DNA from: Chiloscyllium plagiosum
Lineage: Eukaryota
Length of the DNA: 48,235 nucleotides
NCBI RefSeq assembly: GCF_004010195.1
Contig: NC_057754.1
Span: 12,102,760 to 12,150,994, forward strand
Direction of reading: 5' to 3'
Part shown: one piece after another, positions 12,124 to 24,107 of the stretch
How positions within the stretch are numbered: the stretch's first letter is position 1
How the letters are laid out: every line of letters starts with the position of its first letter
The notes under the pieces: generated by a model
What the model saw: only the letters and a program-made list of their open reading frames with translations
The model's database searches: none
What the model was told of the DNA's origin: nothing
Translations under genes and position numbers: made by a program

Positions 12124-12424
12124 AGATTAGATTACTTACAGTGTGGAAACAGGTCCTTCCGCCCAACAAGTCCACACCGACCCGCCGAAGCGCAACCCAC
12201 CCATATCCTTACACTTACCCCTTCACCTAACACTACGGGCAATTTAGCATGGCCAATTCACCTGACCTGCACATCTTTGGACTGTGGGAGGAAACCGGAG
12301 CACCCGGAGGAAACACACGCAGACACGGGGAGAATGTGCAAACTCCACACAGTCAGTCGCCTGAGGCGGGAAATGAACCCGGGTCTCTGGCACTGTGAGG
12401 CAGCAGTGCTAACCACAGTGCCAT
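12124..12424 (-). mobile_element. HE1-type SINE
   Basis: Near-complete copy of the same family. Confidence 0.9.
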
Positions 12425-12551
12425 CAAGCTTGGTAGTTACAAATCATATCTGTTTTAATCACACTGGACTTTGTTTGCATTTCCGTTTAGGTGTTTTTAG
12501 AAGATAGCAAAATCAGTAAACTTTTAAAGAAATACATAATGTTATGCCTTC

Positions 12552-12875
12552 ATTGGTTAACACGTCTGCCTGAGAGTGCCAAGGATCCGGGTTCAATTCC
12601 AGCCTTCCAGTGACTGTCTCTGTGGAGTTTGAAAATTTTCCCTGTACAGGCTTGAGCTTCCTCCTGGTACTCCTGTTTTCTCCCACAGCTCAAAGATGTG
12701 CAATTTAGGTGGACTGAACATGCTAAATTGCCATATTCTGTAGGAATGTGTAGGTTACCCAAGGGAAAAGTAGGATTAGAGTAGAGGGGTTAGTCTGGCT
12801 AGATGCTCTGGAGGGTTGGTGTGCAATTGTTGGCCTGAAAAAGCTATTTCCATAATGTAAGAATTCCGCGATTCT
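12552..12875 (+). mobile_element. Older, diverged HE1-type SINE
   Basis: tggttaacac...gggttcaattcc head, then the core gtggagtttg and tgctaaattgcc. Confidence 0.8.
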
Positions 12876-13149
12876 GGGTTGGAAAGCTTGAATTATAAAT
12901 AGCGAAAATGTCCCCGTTTAGAGCAGTAGAGGGTGTGAATTTAAAATGATTGACAGAAATGATGATAAAATTATTTATCGTGGAAGGACAGGATATGATG
13001 TCACACGCCTACCGGGAAGTGTACCCATTGTAGTTTAAATGAAAGTAAGTGAAAGAAAACTCATTTACTGTATAAAATGTACAGACTTGTGGAGATAACA
13101 AAAAAAAACAACAATGAGGAATTCTTTCAGGTGAATTATCCCGTACAAG

Positions 13150-14722
13150 TCTTTAGTCTTTACGAAAGAAACGAACTTTGTAGTGAATGAAATCTTTGAA
13201 GAGCAGGTGTGCATGCTGAAATGGATAGAGATAGAGGAAGGTGATGTGCTGAAAATTTTGTCAAACATTAAGATTGACAAGTCGCCAGGCCCGGACCAGA
13301 TTTGTCCTCGGCTGCTTTGGGAAACGGCAAATGTAATTCCTCTCTTCAAGAAAGGAAATAGGTAAATCCCCGGCAATTACAGACCAGTAAGTCTCACGTC
13401 GGTCGTCTGCAAGGTGCTGGAAAGGATTCTGAGGGATAGAATTTATGACCATTTGGAAGAGCATGGCTTGATTAAATACAGTCAGCACTGCATTGTGAGG
13501 GGCAGGTCATGCCTCACAAATCTTATCGAGTTCTTTGAGGATGTGACTAGAAAGGTTGATGAGGGTCGAGCTGTAGATGTGGTGTATATGGACTTCAGCA
13601 AGGCATTTGATAAGATTCCCCATGGTAGGCTCATTCAGAAGGTCAGGAGGAATGGGATTCAGGGGAGCGTAGCTGTCTGGATACAGAATTGGCTGGCCAA
13701 CAGAAGACAGCGAGTGGTAGTAGAAGGAAAATATTCTGCCTGGAAGTCTGTGGTGAGTAGTGTTCCACAGGGCTCTGTCCTTGCGCTTCTATTGTTTGTA
13801 ATTTTTATTAATGACTTGGCTGAGGGGATTGAAGTATGGGTCAGCAAGTTTGCAGATGACACAAAGGTTGGAGGTGTCGTTGACAATATATAGGGCTGTT
13901 GTAGGCTGCAGCGGGACATTGGCAGGATGCAGAGATGAGCTGAGAGGTGGCAGATGGAGTTAAATCTGGATAAATGAGAAGCGATGCATTTGGGAAGTTC
14001 GAATTTGAAAGCTGAGTAGAGGATTCTTGGCAGTGTTGAGGAACAGAGGGATCTTGGTGTGCAGGTACATCAATCCCTTAAAATGGCCACCCAAGTGGAC
14101 AGGATTGTTAAGAAAGCATATGGTGTTTTGGCTTTCATTAACAGGGATAATGAATTTCAGAGTCGTGAGATCTTGTTGCAGCTCTATAAACCTTTGGTTA
14201 GACCGCACTTGGAATACTGCGTCCAGTTCTGGTCACCCTATTATAAGAAAGATGTGGATACTTTGGAGCGGGTTCAGAGGAGGTTTACCAGGATGCTGCC
14301 TGGACTGGAGGGCTTATCTTCTGAGGAGTGGTTGACTGAGCTCGGACTTTTTTCATTGGAGAAAAGGAGGAGAAGAGTGGACCTAATTGAGGTATACAAG
14401 ATAATGAGAGGCATAGATAGAGTCGATCGCCAGAGACTATTTCCCAGGGCAGAAATGACTAACACGAGGGGTCATAGTTTTAAGCTGGTTGGAGGAGAGT
14501 ATAGAGGGGATATCATAGGCGGGTTCTTTACACAGAGAGTTGTGAGAGCATGGAATGCGTTGCCAGCAGCATTTGTGGAGGCAGGGTCATTGGAGACATT
14601 TAAGAGACTCCTGGACATGCATATGGTCACAGAAATTTGAGGGTGCATACATGAGGATCAGTGGTCAGCACAACATCGTGGGCTGAAGGGCCTGTTCTGT
14701 GCTGTACTGTTCTATGTTCTAT
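13150..14722 (+). mobile_element. 5'-truncated CR1/HER1 LINE (RT and C-terminus, disrupted)
   Basis: KSPGPDQI, NYRPVSLTS, YMDFSKAFDKIPH, VPQGSVL, KFADDTK, RPHLEYCVQFWSP. Several stops and deletions. Ends in gttctatgttctat. Confidence 0.95.
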
Positions 14723-14892
14723 CAAGATCTGTATATGTTTAACAGACTGAATCAAATCCTTTGAGGTTATAGCTGCGTGAATCTATATTCATATTTGCTT
14801 ATGGAGAAAGGTCTTCGAGTACATTTGCTTCACCACGGCAACCTCCAACGCAATGTCACACAATGTGAAATGTGAAATCTCCAATTTTTCAG

Positions 14893-15800
14893 TTATTTAG
14901 ATCGTTGAATAAAATATAAACATGTCGAAAATGGATACATAAGCATATTCTTCAAATGTCCTCTGAATTTTGATTGAATAACAGTATAAACACAAGCGTT
15001 TGTGCAGCAGGCCGATGTTTGCAGAATGAAGCTTAGTTCAAGTACAACGTAAGGTATAAGTATGATGTTATAATCCAACTTTTCTATTCGTTTCCACAAA
15101 CAAAACAGCGTCATCAAAGCCCGTGACAGAACGAAAGTTCCTGAGATAACAAACAGGAAAATAATAGATTTCCTTCGACTCTCTCCCTCTAAATCTCCAT
15201 GACCCTCCCAAATTCTATGAGCATGGAGCCTTCTGCAGTTTTGTCTGCTCATTAAAACCTGCCTGATAATGAAAGTATTGAGCAGAACAATAAGCACGAA
15301 TGGAACTGCCAGTGATAGAACGTGATGCATGAACTCTATTGCTGCCCAAACGAGAGAAAGTTGCACTTCTTTTGCCATGATACAGAACCATGGTGTATTC
15401 CACTTTTTGTAGGAACCTGTTAGCATGAAATACCAGCTGACATTTTTTAAACAGCATAATACTCCAAGTGTTCCAAGAACGAAATCTGCTGTCTTTACAT
15501 TGCAATATTTACTTCTCCACTTCTTAGAAGAGATGGTCACAAATCGGTCAAAAGTAAATGCAACGGTGAACCAGACAGATGCATCTGTGACAGCATTTAT
15601 CAATGCAGCATGAATATTACACATAGGGATGTTCTCTAGGAAACGGAAAAGTTTATTATAGACAAGTACAATGTGTCTTAGTACCAGGTCCAAGATAATA
15701 ACGAGGAGGTCCGCCACTGCCATGGCCACCATGTATCGTGTGGTACATTTGGAAAGACCACATTTTCGCCGACTCAGTATCACAACCGTCAATATATTAA
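14893..15800 (-). CDS. GPR139-like class A orphan GPCR, coding exon 2 (end of TM1 to C-terminus); spliced product 369 aa
   Basis: Acceptor ttctctttctcctctaacAG at 15802-15801, then an uninterrupted frame to TAA. Motifs: TM2 AMAVADLL, TM3 SVWFTVAFTFDRF, Cys pair (IPMCN and PWFC), TM5 VPF...LLN, TM7 CTNACVY, helix 8 SKFR. It resembles the GPR139/GPR142-related receptors; orthology to GPR139 is not claimed. Confidence 0.92.
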
Positions 15801-17044
15801 CTGTTAGAGGAGAAAGAGAAATTGTACATCAGGTTGCATTAATTTTGATTCAATGTTTCTTGAGATCGCTACATTTGATCCTGTGCGATAAAATAATTTA
15901 GTCTGAGACTGTTTTTATGATGTAATATGTTGGTATGTAAAATAGAACCGAGGCATAGTGAAATTTGTGAAACGCATATAGCGTCATTTAGAATTATTCC
16001 CTCTTCCAGAGCATGGCTCAGTCACAGCCGAACTCTTAACATTCCGAATTGAATGCATCACAATACTTGGTGTTGGGGATCATGCAATTAATTTAAAATA
16101 TTATAATGGAGGCAACGATTTCGTGAGCATTACTTTATTTCAGGTGGAATATGTGGATCATATGGCAGACAGTGTAGTACCTCAGATAATAACGGACCAG
16201 AATAATTTACTGCTATCTTATAGTCATCATGACAAGAAGAACAACTGAAAAGAAAACGTCCTTTGGCTAATTGTATCTACACCGAGCAGAAACATCCCAC
16301 TTCGACATGTTGAACCCCTGAAGTTTACAATAACATTCGAGGATAATTTCATACATTTACCTGATACCATCAGCGTAGAATGTAGGGCAATATTTTGAGT
16401 ACCACACACGGATGTTGATTTCTTTCGAGGTGAAACAAAATTTTTGCATGGGCGTCAATTTGCATTTACTGGGACTGATACCAACTTTACTGACCAGATA
16501 CATCAACTGTGGCAAAATAACCTAATTGATTTGCATAATTAATCCTGGATTAAATTATGAGTTTCACGCCTGCATGCATCAACCAACTTCCAACAAGTCT
16601 GACCTGTTCGTGGAAACCAAGAACCGAGTCCTGTCCAGCCTGAATGCGAGAACTGATCCCTTAGTGACCGACAACAAGAAGGCTGACCGGACGATGGCAA
16701 GAACCCCTTGAACGAGAGTCACTCCTGGGACCCCATCAGATGTTACAGAAGGTGGATGGACAAACCCAGAAGTCTACCAGTCTCTCCGAGGCCAGAAGTC
16801 GTCTAAACCACAACCGAGGCACAACAAATGTTGGCAAACGAAACACTGTAACCCGACATCGAGGAAGCTTAAATGTACATGTTGCAGAATGCTTAAGGAC
16901 ACGAATAGTGCACATGGCACTTCAGGGGATCACGTGTATCTCTTGAAGCAGCAGCCCTCTCTTATTGGCATCCGGGGTCCAAAAAGAACAGACACCAGAC
17001 CAGGAAGCTTGAGAGACAAGTTGGATTTCCGGTAACACTTCAAC

Positions 17045-17135
17045 AGAGACTCACTGATGATGTTATATAGTATTGTACCTATACGTCAGAAAACAAACCT
17101 TCCAGTTCAGCGAACAAACTTACATCCAGAATCTA
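17045..17135 (+). mobile_element. Decayed Penelope (Poseidon-type) pLTR fragment
   Basis: cactgatgatgtta...acgtcagaaaacaaaccttccagttcagcgaacaaac resembles the pLTRs at 2600-2680 and 19900-20060. The hammerhead GAAA box is lost. Confidence 0.6.
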
Positions 17136-18264
17136 ATCAGAAATTCAAATCCTCCCGCCGAAACATACTCCTGGCAAATGTCCCAGTTGTTGAACACTAG
17201 ATGGATAACCTTAAATCTAAATGCATCCTCCACAGCGAATTGAGAAATTGCTATGAACTCTACTTTCCAGAATCACGGCTCACTCAAGCTGCACCCGACT
17301 AAGGCTTATAATGTGAGGATTTCTCAGTTCACTAAATGGACCGATCGGCGTCCTTTGAAAAGCAAGTGGCCATGATTTCTGCCTTCTAATGATCTTGGTG
17401 CTTAGATGAGACCATGCTGGCGAATTACTGCTCTATGGACTGAGAATATCCTATGTAAAATTCTGTCCCTACTATATGTTGCACGAGTTCAATTCCACTA
17501 TCCTGACGGCCGTTTACATACCACTCCATGTGAAATTGAAGAGTGCATTTGATGAAACATACAACGCTGCAAGCAATGTTGAGACAGAATACCTGGAGGT
17601 TTTCTAGTCTGTGACTTTAACCAGGCCAACTTGAATAATGTGCTGCCAATATGTCTCCTGTTCCACTAGAAGTCCAAACGTCCCTGACCATTGATGTACC
17701 TCTATCAAAAGTACGTACAGTTCCTTTCACCATTTGCGTTTTGAAATATCAGATCACTAGGCTGTTCTCCTCCGCACATCCACGCCCCCCACCCGCTCCA
17801 CTCCCTCGCTGACATGTAGAAATGTAAACATGAGGACCGAGTACAGAAAGTGGTGCGGTATTTTTCTGGAACAAAAGAAAAGCTTTTAAAGAACTGCCTA
17901 CAGTCCATGGACTGGGCCCTAATCAAGAACTCTGTGTCCAATTTGAACGAATTTCACTGACATCATTAGTGTATACAATATTATGTGCTGTAGAAGTCCA
18001 TCCAAATGCTCTCCATGTGGAAAACATGAATGAAACGGAAGGCACATTCCCTCCTAAATTTCAAATCTGATGCGAACAGATCGAGCAACTTCGATCTATA
18101 TAAGAAATCCAAGTACGACCTTCATACGGCCAATGGAGATGACAAGCAGCAACACCAAATGAAGCTTGAGACAAAGACCAACCACGTGAACAACGTCATT
18201 TATGGCACAACTTTTACACGCAACAGGCTACAAAGAGAAGTTGAACAGAATCACGAGGAACACG

Positions 18265-18545
18265 TGTGATGATGCTACTCCTTTAACAAGTTGATGTAAT
18301 TCTTCTTTTGCTTTTTCTTCAAAGGGGTTGTAAAGACAGAGGTTCCATTATATCTGGCTTTATCTATTTGAAGAAGCTTTTAACTATTTTTAAAACAATT
18401 GTAAATTGAGAGGGGTGTAGCCAATTCTCCGACTTCAGGGTTTGGTTTGTTTAATAAAGCTGTTTTGTTTGTAGTTGCTGGTCAAGTTTTAACTGGGAAA
18501 CCAGATAAGCTGCTGGGAACCCAAGGCACCGGCTTCATGCAAATC

Positions 18546-18577
<32 letters not shown>

Positions 18578-18915
18578 GTCTCTCTCTCTCTCTCTCTGAC
18601 ATCTTTACTGAAATAATGTGCCTGTGAATTTACCTTTTGCCAAAGGGTCTTTCTGGGATGTTGCAGGTAATTGGAAAAGAATCATTAAGCTGCGTTTTCG
18701 TGATGGTCGGATTTTCCAATAGATTTTTTAAAAATTCCCAATTCGTTTTTTTTTTGTTCAAGCGTCACTTAATTATGTTTTGTTTAAAACAGAGTGTGTT
18801 TTTTTTTTACCGCTGCAACACTCCTAGAATATACATCTGCTTAAAATAACTAGAACACTTAGTTTCTGGGCTAGTTTTTGACCTGTTTTGAGGCCGTCTG
18901 GTCTGGTCTGTCACA
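18265..18915 (+). mobile_element. Gypsy-type solo LTR inside the Rex/Babar element
   Basis: TGTGA...TCACA termini, with a 5' end similar to the LTR at 26922-26322. Contains (TC)n at 18545-18598. The TSD is imperfect (cacg/caga). Confidence 0.7.
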
Positions 18916-19861
18916 CAGAGCAGACCCGCTCAGTTCGCTGCATTCTACGCTTGTTATCACAGTAACCTTGGATGTATCACCATTGCAGCTGCTAGATTCG
19001 CCTTTTTACGAATGAGTCCATGGAAAATGTCTCACCTGAATGGAGTCTGTAGCCTTTCACTCAGACGCTGTGTGGACCAGTTGGTAGCACTATTCACAGA
19101 CCTCCTTAACTTCAACTTTGTATGATCTGATGTTCCCAACAGCTTCCAGAAAACGAATATCATCCTGTTGCCAAAGAAATATCATTCAGTTTGCCTCTAT
19201 ACTAACTCCCGGTGGTGCTGACTTCCATATTTATAAAGTACTTCGAAAAGTTAACCATGTTTCAGATCACTTTCAGCCTCCTAAATGTTCTTTGTTCTTT
19301 GCCGTTCACTTACCAGCACTACAGGTTCACAGCATACGCCATCTTCCTGGCCCTACATTAATCGCTGGAACATATGAATGACAAGGATACCAAATTCAGC
19401 TTCTTACTCATGAACTCAATGTCCGCCTTCAACACAATTATTCGAAACAAATGCATCCTTAAATTCTGTGACGCAGGTCTCTGCTGCCATTTTTGTAACT
19501 GGATCCTCGAATTTCTGGCCAGTCGTCCACAGTATGAATTGGCAGCAACATCTCTTCCACTGTAATCCTTACAACAGTGTCGTGCAACCCCGTGAACCTA
19601 GTTTCTAACTACATTCATTATACACTCATGACTATTAATTCCTAATAAGTCCATTTACAAGTTTGCTCGTAACACAACCACTGTAGGTCAGATGTCAAGC
19701 CACGCAGAAACAGATATTGAGTGTTTAGCGGCATGGTGTCAATGCAACAATCTCTCCACCAATAGCAGCAAAACGACGAAGTTTGCCATTGACTTCAGGA
19801 AGCGGACTGGAGGGCACACCAATGTCGGTATCAATGATGCTCTGGTAGAGATAGTCGAGAG

Positions 19862-20065
19862 CTAGCGAGTTTTGTGAAGATTTGTAGCTCCGGTTGAAGC
19901 TCTGGTTGCAGTTTTGCTCGCTGAGCTGAAGGTTTCGTTTTCAGACGTTTTGTCACCATAAGAGGTAACATGATCAGTGAGGTTAACTGGTGGTATTAAC
20001 TCGTATGGTAATAAAACATCTGAAAAAGAACTTTCCAGATCAGCGAGCAAACCTACATCCATAGT
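19862..20065. mobile_element. Old Penelope pLTR inverted-repeat insertion with degenerate hammerhead
   Basis: Arms ttgctcgctgagctgaagg...cagacgttttgtcaccata and tatggtaataaaacatctg...cagcgagcaa. Reverse strand reads tca-CTGATCA-tgttacc..ggtgac-AAAA-cgtc-tga, with two core mutations. Confidence 0.7.
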
Positions 20066-21214
20066 CAAGAACGACACGTCCCTGGAAGTGATGATCATTA
20101 AAAAGCTGTCCTGGTTCACCAATGTCAGTGTGACATTTGAGAATGCTGAACATGGTTCCTACTTCCTCAGGAGGCTCAGGAAATCCATTGACTCTAGCCT
20201 TTTTTTATAAAATACAGGCAGCATGGAAATCATCTTATCACAATGCTTCACAATGTGGATTGGAAACTGGTCTTGCCAAGACAACAAGTAACTTCAGAGA
20301 GTTATGACAACAGCCAAGTTCATCACGCAAAATGATCTTCACTTATACTTCTGGTTGCTTCTGGAAGAGAAGAAATAAATTGAAAGACCGCTCCAATCCC
20401 GGTTATATCCTCTTCTATTCACTGCTTTCGGGCAGATGACATAAAAGTAGAATACACGTATGGGCAGTTTTAAGAGGAACTTTTTCCTCGCTGAATTCAT
20501 ACTTCGAAATACATACAAACTACCCAACACATCCCTACCCTGCTTCCCATGCTAATTATGATCTCACTCTCTGTATGCCTCTCTGCCACTGGAATACTGT
20601 ATTCTGTACACTGTTTTGGTACCTCGATTCACCTCGTATAACATCTGCCTGTATGACTTGAAAAGCCAGACTTTCCCTTGTATTTTGGTATATGTGACAG
20701 CAATAAATCAATGAAACAATCAGTCAAATATGTCAGTCATCATGCACTAAACCATGTCCAAATGCACCTAAACCTGGTAAGTGCCTGCACTCTGTCTTAT
20801 AATTTACAAACAACTAATTTGCAACACAATTGTCTGGGCATGATTAACTCCAGCAGGAGACAATCTAACCATTGCTCCTTATGGTCCCTGGTGTTACCAT
20901 TGCTGGATTCCACGCTACCACCATCCTGCAGATTATTATAACTAACTGAATGACCTATATGCATTGCAATGGCTGCAGAAGCAGGTCAGGCACAAGGAAA
21001 CCTGCAGCTCGTAACTCACTGTCTGTCTTCCTATGACGATATCAACCTTAGTTAAGGCACAAATCAGCAGTATGATTAAACCATGTAATTCGTTTTGAAT
21101 AAAGGTCACTGAACTAGAAATGTGGTATTTTTTTCTGCCATTTTTTCCAGCATTATTTGTCTTTGCTTCAAAACTCCACCATCCATATTTGTTCATCCTA
21201 CATTATGAAATAAC

Positions 21215-22400
21215 TCCAACATATCCGAATGAGTGCAGCTCCAAAAGTATTCAAGAAATTTGACACTATCTCGATCAAAGCATCCTGTTTGATTGCAAGC
21301 AAGTACACGGAAATGCACTCCCGAGAACACCAATGTTCAATGGCAGCAATGTGTATAGTCTATATGATGAACTGCAGACATTCAGAGGGATAGGTCCACA
21401 GATCACTGAAAATGACAGCGCAGGTAGATAAGGAAATAGAAAAAGGCCTATGATTTGCTTGCCTTCATTTGATTGGGCATTGATGTGAAGGATAGACAAG
21501 TTATGCTGCAGCTTTATAGAACTTTAGTTCGGCCATACATCGAACATTGCGGTCACTACACCACCAGAAAGATACGGATGCCTTGAAGAGGGGAATAATA
21601 AAATACCAGGTTGCTACCTTTCATGCAGGATTTTATCTCTGAAGAAGGTCGGATAAATTGTGCTTTCTTTCTTTAGAACGCATGAGTTTCAGAGGTGACC
21701 TAGTAGAAGTTTATAGATTGTCAATGGCAGTGATAGAGTGCAAAGGACGAGGCTTTTTCCTAGGGTGGAGGGGTCAATTACTAGGGGTCACTGGTTCAAG
21801 GTGCAGTGGCGAAGGCAAGTGTGAAGGACATGTGTGAGGTACGTTTTTTACACAAATGGTGGTGAGTGCCTAGAACGCGATGCCAGAGGAGTGGGTAGAA
21901 GCAGACACAACAGCAGTATTCAATAAGCACCTGGTTGAAAGCATGAATTGCAATGGAATAAAGGGATATACAATCTGTAATTGAAGGCAATTTCAACATG
22001 GAAGTGCACAAGATGTCAGCGCAGCCTTGGAAGTCTAAAGGGGATATTCCTGTGCTGTATTCTTCTTTGTTGCCGGATCTGTGTTCTGTGTTCTTATTTT
22101 GGAAACACCTTGGCTCAAAACCTTCTAAACCTACAATTTGTAAGAGCAAGAGCAGGAAACAATTGAAAAACTAACATTATTATAATCCCCTCCAAGGTGA
22201 CACCATCCTGACTTGGAAATATATCAACAACACTTCAACATTTTAATTCAATGATCTATAAATTCTTCCGTGATTGTAGTGTGGATATACCTGTGACACA
22301 CAAACTGCACCGCATAAGAAGGCAAGTCATTAACACCTTCTCAAGGGGAACTGGACATGGACAAGAAATACTGACCAAGCCACCAAAATGCTGAGATTAT
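21215..22400 (+). mobile_element. CR1-like family B LINE 3' part, split by a CR1/HER1 insertion
   Basis: MSAAPKVFKKFDTI..KASCLI at 21230-21300 resumes at ~22100 with ccatcctgacttggaaatatatc and the ttctcaagggg tail. Confidence 0.65.
21378..22097 (+). mobile_element. Decayed CR1/HER1 LINE 3' fragment
   Basis: MLQLYRTLVRPYIEHC, RGDLVEVY and TRGHWFKV, followed by a 3'UTR ending gttctgtgttct. Confidence 0.8.
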
Positions 22401-22656
22401 GTGACTAAACTAGAATGAAATAATTGTTGTAACAAGGTTTCAACTTTAATTGGACTATTCTTCCATTCTCCTAAGTATATGGACACCCAAGAACATTTTG
22501 TGTGAGCATTTGTATAATTACATAGAAAAAGTTTAAATAAAATAAACAAAATTGACAGGATTGAATCGCGCTGTTCACTGCAGAACAACATCTGTGGCAG
22601 TGGCTGCCAGCACAACCAGGAACATCTCCTATTTTCTGACGTTAATAGTACAACAC

Positions 22657-22745
22657 TTCCTGATGAACGGCTTATGCCCGAAAAGTTGATTATTCTGCTC
22701 CTCGAATACTGCTTGAGCTGCTGTGCTTTTTTACCAACAGCATAT
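22657..22745 (+). mobile_element. Decayed Penelope pLTR fragment with hammerhead remnant
   Basis: ttc-CTGATGA-acggc-ttat-gccc-GAAA-agtt followed by sequence homologous to 1800-1870. Confidence 0.7.
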
Positions 22746-23604
22746 TCCTAGTATTTCATACAGTACCTGTTGCACTGACTTGAAGTCGTGGTCAGCACGA
22801 ACTATAGAGAACTTGAAAAAGACTTTAAGCAGCACTATTTAGGGGCATAGGGAAATATGGGCCCGGGCACGACATGTTAGAGGACTGAATATACTGGGAG
22901 AGCTAGGAGATGGATTGAAAGTAGAAGATTTCACATATTATCAGACTAACAACGCTACGACTCGTTGGGCACAATAAAGTTGGGAGAGATAGATGTGTCA
23001 TGTAGCAGATTGTGATCAACACTTTCAGATGAGCTGAAATATTGTAATTGCGTGTGTACATTATTATACATTAATTATTCACAATACTTTTTTTTCTTCT
23101 CTTTTAACTCTTTTCACCGAATAGGTTGATGAATTTTTTGTAAACCTTGTGAACCAAATTTCCAATGCGTTGTGATCAGGACAGTGTAGAGATTGTACGT
23201 TAAAACTGAATAAAACTCTATGTCTCCTTTCATATATTATTGCTGATACTTTACATACATTCCTTTTTTTAAAAAAGCATGGTAATGTCATAAGCTAGGG
23301 AGAGATGAGTAGCAGGTTTGTGGAGCCTACTGGGGACTTGGAAAGCAAATAAAAACATGATAGAATAGCTGAAGTACTGTGAGATGTAAATTGGTTTATT
23401 TCTGAATGTTACAGTGGAGAGAAACAACATGCATTGAATGGTCAGATTTTAAATTGAGAACTCGAATGGGGAACGCTGTGGTTAAAAACACTTATTATTT
23501 TATATTGCTTTGCACAAACGTTGGAATAAATTAAATGTGAGGATGAATAATACTACTAGGTCATTAATGGGCGGGGTTGTTGAGGGAATGGATATGGGTT
23601 CAGT

Positions 23605-23716
23605 GTTCCTGTGGTGTGCACTTAGAGTCCCACACTCGGAGCCAGAACATCTGTGTTCAGTTTCCACCGCCTCCAGAGATGGGGAATGACATATGTACGC
23701 AGGCTGGCTAGAAATA
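23605..23716 (+). mobile_element. Possible ancient tRNA-derived SINE remnant
   Basis: gtggtgtgc...gagccagaacatctgtgttcagtttcc resembles a degenerate A/B-box head. Confidence 0.35.
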
Positions 23717-23905
23717 ACTGGATAAGCACGTCAAATAGATTGTGGGTTTATCTTGAATACTGATTCAAGAGGAGATTTCCGTGTGTGAATGGCAAAGACG
23801 TTTTTAAAAAGGATGGAACACATTGGATTTGGGCTGCACAGATTTCAAATATTTTGCACGTACCACAGACTTAAATAATAAAAGAAAATGGACAAATTGA
23901 CTTAC

Positions 23906-24107
23906 CAGGGACACCAATAAGTGCCAGCATTGGGTAATATCCTGCTTGCATAATCCGAAGACTGTAATAGATTCGCCATTTTGTTGCTAGTTTTTCATAA
24001 CGTGTGGAAAACGTGTAAAGTGCATGGTACAAGTTCCTGTCAATGGCTGTCATATTCCGACTTAATGTTGTCACGTTGAGATCCATTGTGATCATCTTCC
24101 AATTCAT
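23906..24107 (-). CDS. GPR139-like class A orphan GPCR, coding exon 1 (N-terminus and most of TM1)
   Basis: ATG at 24107 gives MNWKMITMDLNVTT...YYPMLALIGVP (67 aa) plus 1 nt, then a canonical donor CTG|GTAAGT at 23905. It joins exon 2 in frame to give GVP-V-NILTVVILSR, restoring the TM1 Asn motif. N-glycosylation sequons NVT and NMT are present. Confidence 0.88.

Larger units (their letters stand above)
17250..20720 (+). mobile_element. Long decayed Rex1/Babar LINE (endonuclease to 3' end), interrupted
   Basis: Remnants of the APE domain (~17260-17700, DFNQAN), RT (SAFNTII...CNWILEFLASRPQ at 19420-19530) and C-terminus (YFLRRLRK; WIGNWSCQDNK*LQRV). Heavily mutated. Confidence 0.75.
15801..23905 (-). 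other. GT-AG intron (8105 bp, phase 1) of the GPCR gene
   Basis: Donor GTAAGT and polypyrimidine plus CAG acceptor. The frame is preserved: 202+908=1110 nt. Confidence 0.85.

Noticed and set aside
13414..14640. Functional reverse transcriptase gene
   Set aside because: 5'-truncated CR1 with in-frame stops and deletions between the ORF pieces.
14893..15792. Single-exon GPCR starting at TTG 15792
   Set aside because: It lacks most of TM1 and has no ATG start. A canonical acceptor at 15801 and a matching upstream exon explain it better.
19935..19980. Active hammerheads here and at 17050, 22660 and 43015
   Set aside because: Core boxes or helix III are mutated (CTGATCA/AAAA, missing GAAA, GAAAAG), so they are recorded only as remnants.
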